Assembly: GCF_001194135.2 (NCBI RefSeq)
Contig: NC_068999.1
Span: 287,700 to 351,699, forward strand
Length of the DNA: 64,000 nucleotides
Direction of reading: 5' to 3'
Source: Octopus bimaculoides
Taxonomy: Eukaryota
Positions 53,180 through 64,000 of the stretch are shown in pieces. The first letter of the stretch is position 1, and the number at the start of each line of letters is the position of its first letter. A program made the position numbers and the translations under genes. The notes under the pieces are model-generated. The model searched no databases and was not told the origin of the DNA. It saw only the letters and a list, made by a program, of their open reading frames with translations.

Positions 53180-53725
53180 CTTTCAATGGACAGGTCAATG
53201 GACGTTACTGGTTCAGCAGTTTTGCTCGGTGTAAGTTGTTGTCATGAAAATGGCATTAAAGAAGACTGAATAGTTTGTCCGTCAGCCTTGAGATAATTAT
53301 TCTGTCAGTGAAGCAATATCTAATCTATTTGTAAAAATAAAGAATAAACTGAAATTTCGTGAAAACTTTCTTCAAGTATTTGCAGTGACGAAGTTGCGGC
53401 TATGATGGGAGATCGGGGAGGGGGGAGAGTAACAGGATACTATTCTACAAGAATCAAAGAAGATAGAAAATGAAAAATTAGCGTTGAAAGTTTCAGCTGT
53501 TACCTTCATCGTCAAAGACTTGCAGTGAAACATGCCTGAAGATATGAAATTAATAGTAAACGATGCTGTATCGGTGCTCCATTTTATTAAATCAAAATCA
53601 CTAAACGCAAGAAACTTCAGTTTATTATGCGATGTCTGAGATTGCAGACAACTTCATTACTACATTCTGAAATGCTGTTGTCGAACGGAAGCATCATGAG
53701 CATGGTTTTCTGAATTTCGGGAATA
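53180..53725 (+). mobile_element. hAT (Charlie/Buster-like) transposase pseudogene fragment
   Basis: MDRSMDVTGSAVLL..IKED*IVC..CSDEVAAMMG..RIKE..CYLHRQRLAVK.PEDMKLIVNDAVSVLHFIKSKSLNARNFSLLC..LLHSE..LSNG matches the DESTD, CSDGAAAM, HCxxHR and LLHTEVRWLSRG motifs. Confidence 0.85.
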
Positions 53726-53834
53726 AATTGAATTATTTTTATCTGAACATGGTTTTTTAACTTTCAAGCAAACTAAAAACTAAGTTTTCGGTGAAAATAA
53801 TTGCTATATCTATCTTATAAAGGTAGGGTCTCGA

Positions 53835-54068
53835 GTCATAGAACGCATAGGGTTCATTAGCGTGGTGTATAAGTGACTGACCCCCCCACCACTTCCTGAA
53901 TGGGTCACCCGTCCGTCGTAAGGTTACTCATTTACAGCTGAGTGGACTGAAGCAAGGTGAAAGGAAATGTTTCCCTCAAAAACACAACACACTGCCCGGC
54001 CGGAGAATAAAAATCCCGATTTTGCAGTCGTGAATGTAACACAAACGACCATTAAGCTGCGTGCAGTC
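53835..54068 (-). mobile_element. tRNA-derived SINE (family D)
   Basis: The reverse complement has a tRNA-like head, then TGTGTTGTGTTTTTGAGGGAAACA..CAGTCCACTCAGCTGTAAATGAGTAAC (CORE-like). Confidence 0.75.
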
Positions 54069-55059
54069 CAGATATCTTTCTCACATATTCTTCTAATTCA
54101 ATAAGGTTAATCTTCCAGTACATGGTACCAATACAAATTGATTTAAAGACTAAATTAACATTTATGCAGTAAAATATTAACTAAAACTCTTGCATAACCA
54201 TTTAGCCAAGAATGATGTCGAGTGCCATGAAACATTTATTTGCGTTTTTTTTTTTACTAACAAATCAAATTCTCCTGGGTTTAGCTATAAAGTATTCAAT
54301 TTTGTAACATTTATGTGATATGGTTAAATCAATAACACCATATATGTGTGATAAGTAGTATAGATCGATAACATCGTATCTGTGTGATATATGCAAACCA
54401 ATAAACGCCGTAGTTTCCGAATGAAATTGAAAACTAAGTTTGGGTTGAAAACCCATTTATAGACTCGTTAAACTTACGCAAACTTCCACGAAAAGAAAAG
54501 AATTAGAAAATAGAAATATCAACGAGTTTTGCTTGAAATCAAAATTCCAACAAGTGGAACTGTCAAGATTCTGGATTACATTATTAATGGTGTAATCTAC
54601 TCTAAAAGCAAAGCTTTAAAAGTGTTAATGCGATTTTCAACTAGGTAGTGATGTGACAGAAGTTTTTCACTTCACTTAATAAAAAATTTAGAGATAGACT
54701 GCATAAATAAGTTGGATTAAGTTTAAATGTAACTTCCATAGTTCCGAATATAAAGGCTCTCTGTGATCGGAAGCAGGTTCATCTAAAGCATTAATTTTTA
54801 ATATCTCTGTTATCAACCCGAGTTCTTCAAACAGATAAGATAAAAATGCAACTAAATTATGCTGACACAATCTTATTTTAATGCTTAATTGCACATTGGC
54901 TGCAATTTATTTTTGTTCGAATATCATTTAACTTCCACTAATGGAACCCTCAAAATTTTGTCTCAACTTAGAGGGTTCTATTAATGCTAAAAGGTTTTAA
55001 AACCCCTGCGGCACATGATCAGAGCGTTGTGATTGTGTTGGCGCTTATGCTTAAATGCG

Positions 55060-55308
55060 GCATACATTGTGTATAAAGAAGGTAGAATTTGAATGGTGCT
55101 ATTGAAATGAAAGTTTTGGGAACTAGAATGTAACTGTGGCATCGCAAAACAGTTTCCAATACCAGTGGTTGTAGGGGCAGCTGGAATGATAAAAAAAGGA
55201 ATTGAAAATTACTTGAGAAAGATCCCTGACTTAACATCCATGCAGGAAGAGCAAAAGATTGTCGTAATTGACACATCACACGTATAGAGACGAGCATTGT
55301 CGCTGTGA
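55060..55308 (+). mobile_element. Third R4/Dong-clade 3' ORF fragment
   Basis: IPVVVGAAGMIKKGIENYLRKIPDLTSMQEEQKIVVIDTSHV*RRALSL* matches the IPVVVGALG..IP..QKI.L.GTAHILRR.LS pattern. Confidence 0.8.
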
Positions 55309-55553
55309 ATTTTCTCCCCCCCCCTATTTTCTCTTCCCCACCTGTTTTCTTTTTTCTTCTGCTTTTCATTTTTCTATTTTTTCTCCTTTCTTTTTCCTTC
55401 TCTTTCTTTCTTTCTTTCTTTCTATCACATAACTTGACATTGTAAATGAACAATCTGGGTGTGTATACAGTAAGTTCCTTTGCCCTATGTGTCGGGAAGA
55501 GATTCGGCAAGAAATGGAAATAAAATTGAAAGTGGGGAAAATAATAATAAGAC

Positions 55554-55585
<32 letters not shown>

Positions 55586-55764
55586 ATGATTGCAACGACA
55601 AATGTCTAACGACAGTCATTATAGCAGCAACATTACTGAATGGGGTCCCCATTGGCATTCAATATTATATTTCCACTGTTGCACCCCACCTCACTCCCAC
55701 TGACCATAACGAGTATTTAGGGCTTCAACAACAGCCATATAACACCTTACTCTAAAACAGCAAA

Positions 55765-55870
55765 AGACGTTCTCTGGACATTGTTGGGAAAAACGTGAGA
55801 AGGACGGAGTTCGAAGTCCCCGAAGGGAGTTGAGTGATTTTGCCGTGAGAAGAGATACAAGATTAAAGTT
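55765..55870 (+). mobile_element. Short RTE-like LINE remnant
   Basis: FSGHCW motif, followed later by DFAVRRDT. Confidence 0.45.
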
Positions 55871-56075
55871 GATCTGTAGTTAGTGTTTTAAGTATCTGCT
55901 GAGTGAGGCCATCAGAGATGCTTTGATGTTAGTTTATTGTTTCATTAAAATTGAAATGGTTTCCTTTACAATACTCTGCGGGATAGTTTTTATGGAAAGC
56001 AAGACTCAAGCGACGCCAAGTTTACGGTATGTAGTGATGTGTGCATGTGTGTATGTATCTATGTATCTATGTGTG

Positions 56076-56145
<70 letters not shown>

Positions 56146-57177
56146 TGTATGTGTGTATGTACGTGTTTATGTATCAGCATCTACGAACGTATATTAGTCC
56201 GTATTTCTATGTATGTGAGTGTGTGATCTGTGTGTGCAAATACGTAGGTGCATGCACTGTGTGAATATGCCACTTTAGTATTATGGTGCTTGTGCGAACC
56301 TCCTGTGTGTGCATGCGCGCGTGACTGTCTGTGAGTGCATGTGGACCATTACATCTTACATATCTGTTTCCGTAGATGCATACGACGAAGTGAGTGCTTA
56401 TATTCAATGAAGAATATATGTGGAAAAATGTATGGAATTATGTACGTACGCTTGAATTTTGAATGAATGTGTGTGCATTTATGAATGTACTCATCTAGGC
56501 TAACACACACACACACGCACATATACATATACATATATATATATATATATATATATGAATGAATGTGATCATGATTGTTGTTTAAGCAGACGAAGACAAA
56601 GGACCGGCTGTGTTGCCGTAATACTTCCTATCAAATTCCTATCGATTTAAACCTTTTTGAACTTTTCGTTGAGGAACCGCTTATTTGCGAATCCAAGCCG
56701 TCTGTAGTCTTCGTGTTGACACTAATTTATCATGTCATAACCTGGAGGGCAAAGTTCAAACGGAGCTCATTAAATTGAGGCTAACAGACATTTATCATTT
56801 ATCAACATTTCCTGTCAGTTTATAAGTTTCCTAATCTTTCCCAAAAGATGCTGATATTTTTAGTTTATGTTCTAATTTAACAAGTTACATTCTCCTTTCC
56901 ATACAACAGTTGCCCTAAACAAAACCATCTTCAATTCCAACGACCATTCACTGAATGCTATGAGCCTAACCCTAACCCTCCACTGGTTTAATTGCAGTCC
57001 AGTTTCGTCTTTCTTATTTACAGTCGCAGTTTTATTTGTATCTTATCACCTCTGTTAAACACAGAAATATATTGAATATTTATCGATAATGGCGGATAGT
57101 CTGGGACAGAGTCCGTAACGCATCAGGCGAGATGCATTGTGATAGATACTCGGATGGTGGCTTTTAAAGTGGTGTCT

Positions 57178-57214
57178 ACAACTGAAAAGGCGACAAGTAC
57201 ACCGAAACAGCGTT
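57178..57214 (+). ncRNA. Degenerate hammerhead-like remnant related to 29465
   Basis: ACAA-CTGAAAA-GGCG(ACAAGTA)CACC-GAAA-CAGCGT-T shares ACAACTGAA.AGG.G..CACCGAAACA with the 29465 motif. Confidence 0.35.
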
Positions 57215-57438
57215 CCCATTAATCCACTAATGTCCTTGAAGTAAGGTAGTTGTTTATATTGCACATTACCATCCATCGGTGGAACCGTCCTTTGGTCATG
57301 CGATACTCTAGAAAGGAAAAGTTGTTTCCACGCCCAAGGATGCAGCAATGAACACATGAAACATCAATATCTGTGTTCATGAGTGCGCGCGTCTGTGTAT
57401 GCATACATGTATGTATGTATGTATGTATGTATGAGTAC

Positions 57439-57489
<51 letters not shown>

Positions 57490-57754
57490 TATACATACAT
57501 AAGTTATTCACTCTCTCGCTAAATCTCGCTTTCTCACTCTTCCTTTCTCTCACCCTCCCTTTTATATCTCTTTCTCTGGCTCTTATTCTCACTCTACCCC
57601 TTCCCCATTCTCTCTCTCTCCCTCCCTCTCCATTCTCTTTCTCTTTTTATTTTTCGATTTCTCTGTTTATTGCAGTTGAATGCCCAAACCCATCCGCACC
57701 ACTATTCTTCACATTGGCAACAGTACTAAAGAAAGAAAGAAAAGGAAAACAACG

Positions 57755-57862
57755 GTGGGTTAAACTGATCCCAGAATATGACTGGTACTCACTATTTCGG
57801 TTCTGGAATACTTACTGAAAAGCAAAGTAAATCAAGGTGGTATTTGAGCTTAGAACGTAAAA
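57755..57862 (-). mobile_element. Degenerate family A SINE
   Basis: CCCAGAATATGACTGGTACT..GCAAAGTAAATCAAGGTGGTATTTGAGCTTAGAACGTAA. Confidence 0.6.
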
Positions 57863-58151
57863 TGTTTTAACTAACAGAGTTGTTATGATGTTAATATTTA
57901 TTCAATGAATATATCGCATGAGTAAAAGTCATAAACTATATTTGTCTTCTTTATATTTTCATCAGTTTTTATCTCGGAACAAATCAATTGATTGAGTCAA
58001 TATTAGAGATTAAAGTGCGCACGAATTCCTTGCATATCAGAATACATTGCTATCTTTCTTTAAAGTTCATTTACAAAAATATACAAAGGATGTATGGTAT
58101 AAAATTTGTTCCCCAAGCCCATGCTTCTGACCAATTACATTTCAGATATGG

Positions 58152-58208
58152 TTCTTGTAGGTTCTTCAGATCTGAAGAACCTACAAGAATAGGTGCAACT
58201 GGTAATAT
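58152..58208 (+). ncRNA. Perfect 38-bp palindrome overlapping a hammerhead-like motif
   Basis: The palindrome TTCTTGTAGGTTCTTCAGA|TCTGAAGAACCTACAAGAA spans 58152-58189. The motif reads CTGAAGA-ACCTA(CAAGAA)TAGGT-GCAA-CTGGT-A-ATAT. Confidence 0.6.
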
Positions 58209-58297
58209 TTATAAAACATGTGAGATATTAATAAAAATCTGTAAATGTACAACCATCCAGATATCTGAGTACCTTATTATTTATTCTAATACATACA

Positions 58298-58347
<50 letters not shown>

Positions 58348-58944
58348 NNNNNNNNNNNNNNNNNNNNNNNNNNNNNNNNNNNNNNNNNNNNNNNNNNNNN
58401 NNNNNNNNNNNNNNNNNNNNNNNNNNNNNNNNNNNNNNNNNNNNNNNNNNNNNNNNNNNNNNNNNNNNNNNNNNNNNNNNNNNNNNNNNNNNNNNNNNNN
58501 NNNNNNNNNNNNNNNNNNNNNNNNNNNNNNNNNNNNNNNNNNNNNNNNNNNNNNNNNNNNNNNNNNNNNNNNNNNNNNNNNNNNNNNNNNNNNNNNNNNN
58601 NNNNNNNNNNNNNNNNNNNNNNNNNNNNNNNNNNNNNNNNNNNNNNNNNNNNNNNNNNNNNNNNNNNNNNNNNNNNNNNNNNNNNNNNNNNNNNNNNNNN
58701 NNNNNNNNNNNNNNNNNNNNNNNNNNNNNNNNNNNNNNNNNNNNNNNNNNNNNNNNNNNNNNNNNNNNNNNNNNNNNNNNNNNNNNNNNNNNNNNNNNNN
58801 NNNNNNNNNNNNNNNNNNNNNNNNNNNNNNNNNNNNNNNNNNNNNNNNNNNNNNNNNNNNNNNNNNNNNNNNNNNNNNNNNNNNNNNNNNNNNNNNNNNN
58901 NNNNNNNNNNNNNNNNNNNNNNNNNNNNNNNNNNNNNNNNNNNN

Positions 58945-59008
<64 letters not shown>

Positions 59009-59560
59009 TATCGATAGATAAATATCTATATGTATATGCATATGCATATATACATACATACTATATAATATATGCATATATGTATACATATATATGTATG
59101 TATATGAATGTATGTATGCAAGAATGTATGTGTAAACCCAAATGTAGTCTAAATTTAGATGAACTGAACGCTTCCATTGCCATTAAAAGTATATAAATAT
59201 TTATTCTCCAGGAAGCTGCAGACATCGCCTCAGTAGAAAGATGACTATTGAAATATATTGGCCAGAAGTCTGACACAAGGTATCATAACATTCTTTCGGA
59301 ACTCTACACTGCATTATACATAAACATATAGAATTACATAATTGGAGATGAACTTATCTATCTATACACACACATACATATGTATACACACATGTATATA
59401 TACGCGCATATGAATAGTTACATACAAACTTACACGAAAGTGTATATAAACACAGACACTCACGCATATAAGCATGCAAACACGTAAAAGGTAAGCGTGT
59501 AGATATACATATAACGTTTATATATATATATATATACCGATGTCCTTCTGTTAGTGTACG

Positions 59561-59597
<37 letters not shown>

Positions 59598-59805
59598 CTG
59601 TGTGTGTATACACACATATGTATTACTATTCATACGTATATATATGTTGTTTATCTAGTAAAGTAGGATGCAATTAAAATTTACATACACATACATACAT
59701 ACATATATTGATGTATGTATATATATCTTAATATATGGCCGTATATAGAAAGCAAATATACTAATGAATATGTATATAAGTATTGATCATCTTCATACAA
59801 AAGCA

Positions 59806-59854
<49 letters not shown>

Positions 59855-61764
59855 CTATATATATGTACATATTTTTAATTTACATGCATATAGTACATCT
59901 ATATGTGTTTGAAGATATTCTAGAATGTATNNNNNNNNNNNNNNNNNNNNNNNNNNNNNNNNNNNNNNNNNNNNNNNNNNNNNNNNNNNNNNNNNNNNNN
60001 NNNNNNNNNNNNNNNNNNNNNNNNNNNNNNNNNNNNNNNNNNNNNNNNNNNNNNNNNNNNNNNNNNNNNNNNNNNNNNNNNNNNNNNNNNNNNNNNNNNN
60101 NNNNNNNNNNNNNNNNNNNNNNNNNNNNNNNNNNNNNNNNNNNNNNNNNNNNNNNNNNNNNNNNNNNNNNNNNNNNNNNNNNNNNNNNNNNNNNNNNNNN
60201 NNNNNNNNNNNNNNNNNNNNNNNNNNNNNNNNNNNNNNNNNNNNNNNNNNNNNNNNNNNNNNNNNNNNNNNNNNNNNNNNNNNNNNNNNNNNNNNNNNNN
60301 NNNNNNNNNNNNNNNNNNNNNNNNNNNNNNNNNNNNNNNNNNNNNNNNNNNNNNNNNNNNNNNNNNNNNNNNNNNNNNNNNNNNNNNNNNNNNNNNNNNN
60401 NNNNNNNNNNNNNNNNNNNNNNNNNNNNNNNNNNNNNNNNNNNNNNNNNNNNNNNNNNNNNNNNNNNNNNNNNNNNNNNNNNNNNNNNNNNNNNNNNNNN
60501 NNNNNNNNNNNNNNNNNNNNNNNNNNNNNNNNNNNNNNNNNNNNNNNNNNNNNNNNNNNNNNNNNNNNNNNNNNNNNNNNNNNNNNNNNNNNNNNNNNNN
60601 NNNNNNNNNNNNNNNNNNNNNNNNNNNNNNNNNNNNNNNNNNNNNNNNNNNNNNNNNNNNNNNNNNNNNNNNNNNNNNNNNNNNNNNNNNNNNNNNNNNN
60701 NNNNNNNNNNNNNNNNNNNNNNNNNNNNNNNNNNNTATATATATATATTACTATATGGATGTATCTATCTCACTCTTACTCTTTCTATGTAAATATCTAT
60801 ATATATATATTTCGACGCACACACACGCACACATACGTATATGTGTGATCTATCTATCTATCTATCTATTTATCTATCTAAATGGTATTCTATTTGCAAC
60901 AAAAGCAATATAAAAACGGCTCTGGTTTGTGTCTCGCAAGCTTGTTAAAAGCAGAATTAATAAGAAAATATTAAAAATAAGAAACAAGACAGCGATTTAA
61001 GAACTTGATACAGTTTGCTAGATATTCCTGGATATCTGTTATAAAATGTCTGGTTTGGTGCTAGAAAATGATATTGATATATCGAGCGATATACGAGGAC
61101 TGAGAAATAACAGAGAGGGATAGGAGACGGTTCGGGATAGGCAAAGAAAGAGGCAGACGGAGATTTTGAGTCAGAGAATAACTGAGCGAGGGTGGGGAGA
61201 TAGAAATAGTAAGGTATACAACGAAATATGGAAAAGTTTATAGAGCACAGGGAAGGAGAGGCTGTACTGTATCTGGTAAAGACGGTTTAATATTGATAAG
61301 GAGCACCACAAGGGCTGTCGATTTGTCAGGTTTTACGAAAAAAATTTGAAAACAATTAGAAACTGAAATCATTAGAAATGTAAGGACGGAACGTCGTTTA
61401 CATTTTCAGATCGGAACTTGACATATCAATAGGACACCACACACTTCAATGGGACCCCCCCACACATGCAGACAAAACGAAACAGAACAAAACAAAAAAA
61501 AAACCCAAAAGAAACGGAGTATTTTTTGTTTCTGATTCTTTTGTTTCTTGGCCGGCTTCGTCAATGATCTTTAAAATTAACAAGAAATTCTAGTTTCATG
61601 CGACAGACTATAGTTGACTGGCAGATTTGACTCATTTCCCAATTAAAAACAGCAGGACGTGTAAAACTTTATCTCAGGAATAAGGACTAACGTATTTCTG
61701 AAGGAGATTCAGCCTCACGCAGAATGTAACAAGACTGGCACATTGAATTACAGCCACAATACAT

Positions 61765-61895
61765 TCTTGTCAGCTAAGTGGACTGGACCAACATGAAATA
61801 AAGTGTCTTGCTCAAGGACAAAATGTGCCGCCAGGACTCGAACTCACTACTATACGACAGCGAGGCGAGTGCTGTAACCACTAATCCACTACTTG
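61765..61895 (-). mobile_element. tRNA-derived CORE-like SINE 5' part (family D)
   Basis: Reverse complement: GATTAGTGGTTACAGC..GAGTTCGAGTCCTGGC..TGTCCTTGAGCAAGACACTTTATTTCA..CAGTCCACTTAGCTG. Confidence 0.8.
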
Positions 61896-63376
61896 AGATC
61901 ATAATCCGATAATAATCTGCAGAAAACGTTCGCCTTTGGTTTCAGGTCTGATTGATCAGTGATGAATGGTATTTAAAAAAGACACTAGCAACAACACCAG
62001 TTTGCTGCATCAGTTTGGACTTAGCTCATAGATACACCTCACCATTCTGTTTACAAACACCATCTTGGTCGTTGTGTGTGTTTAGCACAGACCGCTATAT
62101 TTTAGGCATTTGGAACGATTCTCCAGTTTTAGAATTACAACATTCTCTTCTAACATTTTTTTTCCTGATTTAGTGACAAGGTGAGAAATGTTGAAGTCGG
62201 GTGGTGGTGATGCTTAGCCGATTAAGTCTCTCCCGGTATTTTATTTTATCGAACCTGGAATGATGAAATTCAATGTTAGCCTTCAGGAAATTTGAAAGCA
62301 GGAAGAAGAAAAAAAATTAAACTAATAGGTAGGGGTTTGAGTTGGGAAAATGCAGTTGAACTTGTAAGCAAGGGAACACTGACTGCTCAGTGATGAATCT
62401 GTATTCTGTGGTGATTCATCTAAACTGACGATGTTCACTTGTCTTGGCATTGGAGAATCCACATCAGCACATTCTTAGATGTCTTTTAATTACACACGAA
62501 AATAGAAACAATATGGCTGACAGGCACACACGACAGTAACAACAATAAGAGCAACTTAAATACGAACAACAGTTCACTCTATCACTTACAGTCGAATATC
62601 TTTTCTTATGTCTTGTCAAAACAAACAGTCAATTTACTAAAAATGTTCGTGATTGGAATTACTTCATTATTTAGTGAATACTGTAAAAATCTTTTCCACC
62701 ATTTCTAAGCGTGACTCAGGAACAACAAAAACAACAAAAGAAAAACAAAAACAAAATTTTGTAAACGGAAGGTTCTGGAAGCAGTTCTGTCTTTTTTTTG
62801 TTATTTTACTTTTTCGTCTTTTGTTATACTTTTATTGCTTTACCGTTTTGTTTTTCTTTCCTGCTGGTTCTTTAGTTTTCAATACAAATATGACTAGTAA
62901 TAATAATAATAATAATTATAATTATGACAATAATAACAATTATAATTATAATAATAAGAATGATAATGACATATGATGATGAAGATGATGATGCAGATGA
63001 AGATGATGATCACAACAGGAGGAAGGACAAGAAAAGCAATAAAAATATTTGTTATCATTATTCTGATATTATGATGTCTTTCAGAAACATTAATTAGGCG
63101 AAGAGAACAAATAAATAGTTATATTTCAATTAAAATGCCATTTATTTCACATGAATCTGCGATAGTCTATCAAGTAATTGCTATTATCTGGAATGAACAG
63201 GCAGAGTCGGTCTTGCGGTGGTGGTGGTGATGCAGGAGGCGGATTAGGTGATATTGTATCGAAATATCCTGTGAGGTCAAGAATGTTACCTTTGTGTTTG
63301 CTGGCCAAGAAATATACAGCTAAGTTTCTGCGCCATTGGCCACCTCGACCTGAACGAAAACAATAAAAGCAAAGTT

Positions 63377-63426
<50 letters not shown>

Positions 63427-64000
63427 ATATAAATATTTTTTTTAAAGTCTAGTACTTATCCTATCAATTTGTTTTACCGAACTTCTAATGTTGAAGAAGT
63501 ATAAAATTCCATACGAACACTGTTTGCTAGCCATTTGGCGTCCAGATCCAAAGTTATACAGCTTTCACACAGTAGGATTGAATACGTAATTTCGAAGTGT
63601 ACCTCTTGAGCAAACATACGTTCTTGCATCAATAGAGTGGAAGAATATACCTGTTAGACAAGTGTACTATTGAAAAATCGAATGAGAATATATTATTGTA
63701 CAAGTATAATTTATGATTTTTGCATGGAAGTAAACTATAAGTGAAGGCATAACTTGTAAGTTTGTGAATATAAAGTTCTTGATTGCTGATGCCTTGGGTA
63801 AAAATTCCAAGAAGCGTTGTGCACAATTGCATAAGGAAATTGCACAATCATTGAAGGAAATCATATAAATATTGGAGAAAGAGGATGAATGTTTCAATTA
63901 TCACTGGTAAATGACTGTTTAAATATAAATACTGTATATAATTCAATGAAAGATATTCATCATGTCACAATCAACCAAATTTATATTATCAACGAAAATG

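Noticed and set aside
54939-54983. 13-bp hairpin TAATGGAACCCTC/GAGGGTTCTATTA, and a possible hAT C-terminal LKLIKTYLRS-like remnant on the minus strand near 54700
   Set aside because: Short, and requires frameshifts. Not supportable without a search.
56965-56979. CCTAAC x2.5 telomere-like repeat
   Set aside because: Too short to call an interstitial telomeric site.
63491-63525. TTGAAGA-A-GTAT(AAAATTCC)ATAC-GAAC-ACTGT hammerhead-like ghost
   Set aside because: GAAA is broken and stem I is unconvincing. Counted only as a weak member of the dispersed set.

Overview
This is AT-rich eukaryotic genomic DNA from a draft assembly, with 10 N-gaps. It is saturated with (TA)n, (CA)n, (GA)n, (TATG)n and (AAT)n microsatellites and degenerate trinucleotide tracts. 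The SINE repertoire and repeat style point to an Octopus (coleoid cephalopod) genome; this is an inference, as no search was run. Nearly all ORFs in the supplied track are microsatellite or N-gap artefacts, and no complete, recognisable protein-coding gene, rRNA, true tRNA or CRISPR array is visible. The supportable content is: (1) more than 20 tRNA-derived SINE copies from about 4 families; (2) decayed fragments of R4/Dong-type restriction-like-endonuclease LINEs (3 copies), RTE LINEs, a mariner transposase, a hAT (Charlie/Buster-like) transposase, and a 536-bp Tc1/mariner deletion derivative with long TIRs nested inside a SINE; (3) about a dozen minimal type I hammerhead-ribozyme (HHR)-like motifs of the kind carried by Penelope-like element (PLE) terminal repeats. 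Several of these have non-canonical cores (CCGACGA, CUGUUGA), palindromic stem III, inverted arrangements, and 3' ends fused to dinucleotide microsatellites; (4) several long near-perfect fold-backs; (5) four small + strand candidate exons, including a 24-nt microexon, that splice in phase into an unidentified 87-aa open frame. The HHR/PLE system is the most interesting signal. All structure and homology calls were made by eye and need computational confirmation.
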